Of a stretch of DNA of 32,433 nt, positions 26,602-32,433 are shown one piece after another. A program made the translations under genes and the position numbers. The stretch is from positions 1-32,433 of IMG/VR virus record IMGVR_UViG_3300009164_004823. One strand, 5' to 3'. Below the pieces are notes generated by a model that saw only the letters and a program-made list of their open reading frames with translations, was not told the origin of the DNA and made no database searches. The stretch comes from a virus (taxonomy: Duplodnaviria; Caudoviricetes). Each line of letters starts with the position of its first letter. Position 1 is the stretch's first letter.

Positions 26602-27462
26602 ATGCAAACAAAAAACATCTTTCCAGACTGGGGCACAGAGATCACAGACATGAGTGATATCTTTGAGCAAGATACTCGTGAATTGAGAAAGCTACTGTAT
26701 GATCGTAAAATGATAGTATTACATGCTCCTGAATGGGACAAGCTAACTTATTGGAAGTTTTGTGCGCTATGGGGACAACCGTGGACAGGAAAGAACTATC
26801 ATGATAGTACAGAAAAATGGGAAGTTGTACTTGACCCAGAATCCCCAGGCGAACCAAAATTTATCACAGCAATCAGTAACAAAATTAGTGCTCGTTTGGG
26901 TGACAAAGAAATGCCTTGGCATGCTGACATTGCCAATCGCGTAGATGGCGGCATTCAGTTTCCGCATCGTATTATCTACATGAAGACTGTGCCTAATCCA
27001 AAAGCAGGTTTAACTGTTTGGTTAGATATGGAAAAAGCTTATCCTGAAGTACATTCAAGACTTAGAGCACGTTGGGAAGCACGTACTATTGTTCAGCAAA
27101 ATTGGCACCATCTTGGCAATGACATTATTGAATGGCCTTCAATGAAACAGCAACCAATTACTGGCCGCTGGAGCCCGAGATGTAACTTTCACGGAGTCAC
27201 TGATGCATGGATCATTGATACCAAGTTAAATGGTAAAAGCATGGGAACTGGTATTGTTGAAGAACTCATGGAAGCAATGGCTGCTGTTCCAGAATGTGTA
27301 TACACGCACACATGGACTCCAAATGACATGGTCCTATATGACAACTGGCCATTTGTACATAGCAGAACATTCTTAGATTTAAAAGCTGAAGACGAACGCT
27401 TAATGTGGCGTTGTAACATTGAACACGATGAAAGCTTAAAAGAAACCCTGTATGGAAAGTAA
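26602..27462 (+). CDS. TauD/TfdA family Fe(II)/2OG dioxygenase
   Basis: WHAD, TVWLDM, HTWTPNDMVLYDNWPFVHSR, RLMWR. Confidence 0.9.
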   Translation: MQTKNIFPDWGTEITDMSDIFEQDTRELRKLLYDRKMIVLHAPEWDKLTYWKFCALWGQPWTGKNYHDSTEKWEVVLDPESPGEPKFITAISNKISARLGDKEMPWHADIANRVDGGIQFPHRIIYMKTVPNPKAGLTVWLDMEKAYPEVHSRLRARWEARTIVQQNWHHLGNDIIEWPSMKQQPITGRWSPRCNFHGVTDAWIIDTKLNGKSMGTGIVEELMEAMAAVPECVYTHTWTPNDMVLYDNWPFVHSRTFLDLKAEDERLMWRCNIEHDESLKETLYGK

Positions 27463-28159
27463 CTACATATACTTTAACTCTTGTAAATTACTAGATCCTT
27501 TAACCGACAATTGGACCACAATTCGTGATGAGTTTATTAAAAACTCAATGCGAGAATCGTATAAGGCACGTGTAACAAATGAAGAAGAAAAAGGCATCAA
27601 AGCAAACTATATCACTGACCTAACAGGTGAAGAATTGTATGTTGGTGATTTCAAAGCCATGCCTGTTATGCTAAGAGAAGATTTTGTTGACCATCACGAA
27701 GCAAAGTCAATGGACTGGAAGAATTGGAAGCAACCAGGTGGTGAGAAAATATCATTCAATGATGCAAGGCTACATCGTATGCCATTTATACAACAGTGGA
27801 TGTATAGGAACATTGAGGTACTTGGTGCAGTCACTTTTAATATTTCATTACCTGGAAGCAAATTGAATCACCACTGGGGCTTGGTAAATGAATATATTCG
27901 TTTTCACTTGGTGTTAAAGCAAGCAACAGGTTGTGTATTTGATATTGAAAACGAAAGACATGAATGGGTAGATGGTGAGTTATTTGGTTTTGATGACTGC
28001 AATGTATTTCACGGTACCAAGCATACTGGCACAGAGCCTAGAATAATCATGTTGATTGATATTCTAAAAAGTGCAGTCCAACCTTATGCTAAAACTTGGC
28101 CTGTAAGAGAAAATATACCTCGGAACAAGAGAACTATCCCAACTATACTGGATTGGTAA
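27452..28159 (+). CDS. Aspartyl/asparaginyl beta-hydroxylase family protein
   Basis: PGSKLNHHWG, IRFHLVL, W.DGELFGFDD..FH..PRIIMLID. Confidence 0.88.
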   Translation: MESNYIYFNSCKLLDPLTDNWTTIRDEFIKNSMRESYKARVTNEEEKGIKANYITDLTGEELYVGDFKAMPVMLREDFVDHHEAKSMDWKNWKQPGGEKISFNDARLHRMPFIQQWMYRNIEVLGAVTFNISLPGSKLNHHWGLVNEYIRFHLVLKQATGCVFDIENERHEWVDGELFGFDDCNVFHGTKHTGTEPRIIMLIDILKSAVQPYAKTWPVRENIPRNKRTIPTILDW

Positions 28160-28160
28160 T

Positions 28161-28757
28161 ATGCTATTTGAATTAAATCATCGTGTGGTAGACGCTATTG
28201 ATACCAGTCTAGTAGACCCTATCATTGAAGCTTGTAAAAAAGCCAACTGGGGCAATGGTACATATGATAGATTTGAAAAAGTTCTGTCTGATGGCAAATT
28301 GGTAGAATATCCGTTTCCTATCAGCAAGCCTAATAAAACTTACACACCAGAGCAAACAGAAATTCTACGAGCAAGCAAGCCCCTGCTAGATTGGATCTTG
28401 ACCTTGCCTAGGTTTGCAGGATACAAATGGATTCGTGGTGAAGTTGCTACGCTACTTCCAGGAGTAACACTAGGTTGGCACAAAGATCCACAGTGGTTCC
28501 ATGATAATTGTGTGCGTTTACATGTACCAATTTATACCAACGACCAGTGTGTACAACTTTGGAAAACCGAAGAGTACCATATGGAAATGGGTTATCTATA
28601 CGAATTGAATAATCGTGTGACTCATAGTGCAACCAACAGAGGCACAGAGTTTAGAACCCACTTAATCTTAGATATCATGCCAGAGACTAAGTGGCAAGAG
28701 TCAAGGCAATCAGGAATTAACCCAATTGGCCTTGTTGATGCTCCTGGCGAGTATTAA
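28161..28757 (+). CDS. Fe(II)/2OG oxygenase (AspH-like)
   Basis: WHKD, RLHVPI.TN, YELNNRVTHSATN..RTHLILD. Confidence 0.88.
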   Translation: MLFELNHRVVDAIDTSLVDPIIEACKKANWGNGTYDRFEKVLSDGKLVEYPFPISKPNKTYTPEQTEILRASKPLLDWILTLPRFAGYKWIRGEVATLLPGVTLGWHKDPQWFHDNCVRLHVPIYTNDQCVQLWKTEEYHMEMGYLYELNNRVTHSATNRGTEFRTHLILDIMPETKWQESRQSGINPIGLVDAPGEY

Positions 28758-29311
28758 GCATCTAACTCAATATCCCAATACAGGTAGTCTCTCCATGTTT
28801 CATGGAGATTGCTTTGCGGCCTACGTTTACCACGTGCATACAGGTCCCATGCACTAGGAGGCACTGGCTTTGTTAATGGGAACATTTTAGCCTCCTGCGG
28901 TAACTTTGCACCTTTGCGATGATTACATGGACTACAGGCCGCAACAACGTTTTGCCACGAACTGATACCGCCATGTGCTCTTGGGATAACGTGATCAAAT
29001 GTCAAGTGCCTGGCTTCGAATTCGCCACCACAATATTGGCAAGTGAACTGGTCTCTAAGATAAACATTGTAACGACTGAATGTAGGAGTTTGGTCTCGCT
29101 TGACATAGTCTTTTAGGGCCACTACACTGGGCAGTCTCCAGCTTCGAGTAGCACTATGGACCTCTACATCGTATTCAGCTACAACATTTACACGGTCTGT
29201 GAAGACAGACTTAATTGCATCTTGCCAGGATATTGTACTCAATGGATGCATGTGGACCGGTTGAAAGTCAGCATTTAGTAGTAAAGCTGGATATTGTGAA
29301 TCGTGGATCAT
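28754..29311 (-). CDS. HNH endonuclease (McrA-like)
   Basis: LLLNADF, RDQFTCQYCG, TFDHVIPR..GG..W.NVVAACSPCN.RKG. Confidence 0.93.
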   Translation of the reverse strand: MIHDSQYPALLLNADFQPVHMHPLSTISWQDAIKSVFTDRVNVVAEYDVEVHSATRSWRLPSVVALKDYVKRDQTPTFSRYNVYLRDQFTCQYCGGEFEARHLTFDHVIPRAHGGISSWQNVVAACSPCNHRKGAKLPQEAKMFPLTKPVPPSAWDLYARGKRRPQSNLHETWRDYLYWDIELDA

Positions 29312-29349
29312 AAAAGTGGTTCAGGATAAAACTATACTTACCAAGAAAT

Positions 29350-29378
29350 TTGACAAGTACTTAATTATACGCTATAAT
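29350..29378 (+). promoter_or_regulatory. Perfect consensus sigma70 promoter
   Basis: TTGACA-17-TATAAT. Confidence 0.88.
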
Positions 29379-29407
29379 AACACAATGAGCAACTTTGAAA
29401 GGCTAAT

Positions 29408-29803
29408 ATGTCGATGCATATGGAAGGTCCGTGGCTTAGTACCACAGGCAAGAAAAAAGGTAAAATTAAATTTGCCTCATCAGAAGCTAAACGAAAGGCA
29501 GAAGAATTGGAAGAATCTTGGAATGAAATACTAAAGCGTCAAGGCGTGGAACAAGAAGAACGTAAACGCCGACGTGCAATGAGTGCTGAGCCGCTGGTGT
29601 ACAATCTCAGCGCACCACCTGGTAGAACAAGCGCACGTCTCCCATCTCTTAACACAGGTGAAGCAGGAGCCGGAACATATCGAGCATCACCGCAGTACAC
29701 AGGTACCAAGGTCAAAGGCATTGGCACTATGCATAAATCAAATGCAGTTCCAATTTTTAGTAATGAAGAGGCACATGATATTGCCACAATGAGGAGAGGT
29801 TAA
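29408..29803 (+). CDS. Hypothetical basic protein
   Basis: SD gaaagg; C-terminal YTG..GIGTMHKSNAVPIF..IATMRR; TAATG coupling to the next gene. Confidence 0.8.
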   Translation: MSMHMEGPWLSTTGKKKGKIKFASSEAKRKAEELEESWNEILKRQGVEQEERKRRRAMSAEPLVYNLSAPPGRTSARLPSLNTGEAGAGTYRASPQYTGTKVKGIGTMHKSNAVPIFSNEEAHDIATMRRG

Positions 29804-30066
29804 TGACACATTTTGTTCACCCAGCATCATTTAATAACTTGGTGCATGAAACTTTCATCGATTTGAACAAACGAGTGCAGGCTCACAAATGGTGTGAGAA
29901 AAACTTTGGTCGGGCCTGGGAGCCGTTTGACTATCGTGAAGGCCGCTGGAACATGACCTGGGGTGGACATGACAGCAATCTAAGAGACATGACCAACTTT
30001 GACAAGTACAAGGTTTGTTTTGAGGATGAACAAGACATGCTTATGTTTAAATCAGTTAGCCTATAA
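29803..30066 (+). CDS. Hypothetical protein (87 aa)
   Basis: SD aggagagg; WCEKNFG..W..FEDEQD.LMF pattern. Confidence 0.7.
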   Translation: MTHFVHPASFNNLVHETFIDLNKRVQAHKWCEKNFGRAWEPFDYREGRWNMTWGGHDSNLRDMTNFDKYKVCFEDEQDMLMFKSVSL

Positions 30067-30085
30067 ATACCTAAAGGAGTTTAAC

Positions 30086-30376
30086 ATGAAAAAACTTTTA
30101 ATCGCAATCGTAGCAACTATGGCCCTGACGGGTTGTGCAAGTAGAACAGGTACTGCTGTACTTGCTGGTACCACTGGCCTTATCATTGGCAATGCAATGG
30201 CACAGCCACAGCACAGAGTGGTAACACACGAGCAAGTGATCATTGTAAACAGCACCTGTGCTCAATATCAACTTCACAGTGACAGAGCCGCTTGTGAACG
30301 TGGCGCACGTCAACGTTGGCAAGAAGAACAGCGCAAGAGAGAACAAGAAGCATATCGTCAAGGCTATGGACGATAA
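30086..30376 (+). CDS. Putative lipoprotein
   Basis: MKK plus hydrophobic stretch plus LTGC lipobox; glycine-zipper-like segment; TATAAATA (30062..30069) and SD aaggag upstream. Confidence 0.8.
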   Translation: MKKLLIAIVATMALTGCASRTGTAVLAGTTGLIIGNAMAQPQHRVVTHEQVIIVNSTCAQYQLHSDRAACERGARQRWQEEQRKREQEAYRQGYGR

Positions 30377-31872
30377 TGAGTTATAATGTAATACTGATTG
30401 GTGGTATCACATTTGATCGAATAGGCAGAGCAATTGGTCCTTTTAGATTAAGAACAGCATTTGAAAATGCAGGATATTCACTAAAGGCCATTGACTACGC
30501 CTGGGCACTTGATCAGGATCAAATGATTGAATTGTTGTCAACACTTATTACACCAGAAACAAAAATATTAGGTATCAGTGCTGCCTGGTATGATTTTCCA
30601 GCCAATAAGTGGGCACAGGATCTTACTTTTTTCAGGAGATTTAGGAGTCTCTTTCCGGACATAACAATTGTTGTTGGAGGCACCAGTACCACTCCACCGT
30701 CATTGTTATATAACTATTCTGACTGGTTTGTTAGTGGGTTCAGTGATATTGCATTTGTCAAGCTTGTTGATTATCTCTATGGAAAAACGTCAGATTTGAT
30801 TTATACAACAGATGCACACGGCATTCCTGGTCCGGGTCCTGGCAAAATTAAAATAGTATCAGCTGACAGAGATTATCAAATAATAAATGTGGATGAAATT
30901 GAAACAGTCTTTAAGGAAGAGGATGGATTCTTATCTCATCAACCCTTACCTATTGAAATAAGCAGGGGCTGTATTTTTAAATGTGCATTTTGCACACATC
31001 CTTTCCTGGGTAAAAAGTCATACGATTATATACGAACAGCAGAAAGCATCGGTAGCGAACTTAAAAGAAATTATGAGTTGTTTGGTACCTACCGATACAT
31101 GATATCTGATGATACATTTAACGACAGCTACGAAAAACTAGATATAGTTAAACGAGCAATTGAAATTGCTAAGTTATCAAAATTTGAATTTGTGAGTTAT
31201 ATTAGGCCTGAACTAATTATCACCAAACCCAATATGCTTTCTATGCTACTTGACTTGGGTATCAAGGGTGGGTTTATTGGCCTCGAGTCTATGCGAAAAG
31301 AATCTAGACAGGTAGTTGGAAAAGGCATTGCAGTTGACCGGGTACTTGAAATTGCACAAACTCTCAATGAGAGTGGTGTTAAAATGCATGCCAGTTTAAT
31401 TGCTGGTCTACCAGGTGACTCTGAAGAAGAAATTCATAAATGGAATGATTACCTAATTGAGAACAAGAGTCGTCTATTTAGAAGTTGGAATTTCAATGCA
31501 CTTGGAATGCACCGAACAGCAAAGGGTGATGTGCCATACAGCTTGTTTGAAAAAAAACCAAAATCTTATGGGTATACCACTAAAGAATTGGCGCACAACA
31601 TACGGTCATTGGACTGGGTACATACATCTGGAATGACTGCGGCCAAGGCACAAGAAATTTCTAACAAATGTAATGCTTCTGCTAGACAACATATAAAAAT
31701 TGGCGGCTGGGAAGTTGCAGGTGCTTGGTTCCATGACATACCAGAATCTATTGTGGAAAATATGCCATTTAATCAGACCAATCTCAATGAGAAATCCTAT
31801 GAAAACTCAATGGCACGAGCCAGTTATAATTATAATTTGACCACGGGCAAACATTTGAACAATGCACAATGA
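30376..31872 (+). CDS. B12-binding-type radical SAM protein
   Basis: N-terminal ILGISA..IVVGG domain, EISRGCIFKCAFC, DDTFND, IGLES, LIAGLPGD. Confidence 0.9.
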   Translation: MSYNVILIGGITFDRIGRAIGPFRLRTAFENAGYSLKAIDYAWALDQDQMIELLSTLITPETKILGISAAWYDFPANKWAQDLTFFRRFRSLFPDITIVVGGTSTTPPSLLYNYSDWFVSGFSDIAFVKLVDYLYGKTSDLIYTTDAHGIPGPGPGKIKIVSADRDYQIINVDEIETVFKEEDGFLSHQPLPIEISRGCIFKCAFCTHPFLGKKSYDYIRTAESIGSELKRNYELFGTYRYMISDDTFNDSYEKLDIVKRAIEIAKLSKFEFVSYIRPELIITKPNMLSMLLDLGIKGGFIGLESMRKESRQVVGKGIAVDRVLEIAQTLNESGVKMHASLIAGLPGDSEEEIHKWNDYLIENKSRLFRSWNFNALGMHRTAKGDVPYSLFEKKPKSYGYTTKELAHNIRSLDWVHTSGMTAAKAQEISNKCNASARQHIKIGGWEVAGAWFHDIPESIVENMPFNQTNLNEKSYENSMARASYNYNLTTGKHLNNAQ

Positions 31873-31914
31873 AATTACATAGAGAAGGTGTAATGGAAGA
31901 TTATTTTCCCGATA

Positions 31915-32106
31915 ATGGCTGATATAAATTTTTCTGGATTATGGCGGGTTAATCTAGTAGAATATACAAATCAAACTAGTAACATAATCGATGAAGTATA
32001 TTTTGAGTTTTGCGGCGAAGCATTACTATTCATGAAAATCTATAATGATTCTGAGCCCGAATCTGGTAATTATACCGTATATACAGGTCCATATAAAGTA
32101 CCATAA
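31915..32106 (+). CDS. Hypothetical protein (63 aa)
   Basis: ORF presence only. Confidence 0.5.
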   Translation: MADINFSGLWRVNLVEYTNQTSNIIDEVYFEFCGEALLFMKIYNDSEPESGNYTVYTGPYKVP

Positions 32107-32169
32107 TCAATAATATTATAGTGGATAATAGAATATATAATCCAGCTTAATCCAGTGTATATTCCAGTT

Positions 32170-32187
32170 TGTTGCTAAAATACAACA
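32170..32187. promoter_or_regulatory. Palindromic operator-like site, copy 3
   Basis: tgttgctaaaatacaaca. Confidence 0.7.
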
Positions 32188-32218
32188 AAAATAGAGTCAA
32201 AAAAAGCCCTAAAAACGG

Positions 32219-32247
32219 TTGACGTCTGGCTCTAAATGCGTTATAAT
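32219..32247 (+). promoter_or_regulatory. Sigma70-type promoter
   Basis: TTGACG-17-TATAAT; ATG 6 nt downstream. Confidence 0.8.
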
Positions 32248-32253
32248 AAACAC

Positions 32254-32433
32254 ATGAACAGCAAAACAGTATCCCGCAAAAGACGTACAGACCGTAACCA
32301 CGCAATTTACGAATTGTTTTGTGAAGTTACAGGCGACAGCTACATTGGCATTACCGTTGTAGATGGCTCTGCTTTGAGCTCTGTGCGTGGACGTTTTAAC
32401 CGTCACTTGAGCCGTGCTAATACAGAAAGCAAG
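32254..32433 (+). CDS. GIY-YIG nuclease family protein, 3'-truncated by the window edge
   Basis: MNSKTVSRKRRTDRNHAIYELFCEVTGDSYIGITVV..RFNRH contains the AIY..YIG and R..H motifs. Confidence 0.8.
   Translation, partial: MNSKTVSRKRRTDRNHAIYELFCEVTGDSYIGITVVDGSALSSVRGRFNRHLSRANTESK

Noticed and set aside
28754-29311. HNH gene as an intron-associated or mobile homing element
   Set aside because: It is free-standing between intact genes with no interrupted host gene or flanking repeats.
29316-29534. 72-aa ORF, including an ATG at 29385 just after the promoter
   Set aside because: It overlaps the promoter and the better-supported 29408 gene in another frame; a short leaderless product cannot be excluded.
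1157-30361. Many short antisense or alternate-frame ORFs in the track (for example 1157..1483, 7059..7508, 15538..16113, 23929..24297)
   Set aside because: They lie within well-supported genes and have no motifs or RBS; shadow ORFs.
32138-32169. Three TCCAG-containing repeats
   Set aside because: Too short and irregular to support a call.
1-32433. CRISPR array, tRNA or rRNA genes
   Set aside because: No regularly spaced repeats or cloverleaf with a T-loop consensus were seen by eye; a tRNAscan run would be definitive.
1-32433. Alternative genetic code (stop-codon reassignment)
   Set aside because: Genes are full length under the standard code; TAA, TGA and TAG (23673..23675) all end genes at sensible junctions.

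Overview
This AT-rich, gene-dense window is almost all on the + strand and reads as an accessory region of a large tailed dsDNA phage (T4-like or jumbo type, inferred). The grounds are phage-style gene content (bS21, Hsp20, ClpS, ClpX, SleB-type hydrolase, HNH and GIY-YIG nucleases, SprT), near-consensus sigma70 promoters and T4-late-like TAA(A/G/C/T)TA boxes. No structural or replication genes are visible, so the phage call is indirect. The main feature is a dense set of tailoring enzymes: 5 radical SAM proteins (4 tandem, at least 3 with an N-terminal Cys-rich twitch-like region, plus 1 B12-type), about 10 Fe(II)/2OG oxygenase-like proteins, a NodU/CmcH carbamoyltransferase preceded by an unannotated 37-aa peptide, and a QueC-like PP-loop enzyme. 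An adjacent APRT plus MTA/SAH nucleosidase pair could recycle SAM by-products. There is also a proteostasis/translation cassette (clpX-rpsU-hsp20-clpS). Non-coding signals include a ROSE-like thermometer before hsp20, a roughly 185-nt multibranched RNA behind a perfect promoter, a palindrome (TGTTG-N8-CAACA) upstream of three promoters, a 20-bp direct repeat bracketing the peptide-carbamoyltransferase pair, and a recurrent TAAnTA-N5-ATG arrangement suggesting leaderless mRNAs. All calls come from reading motifs by eye; no database searches were run.
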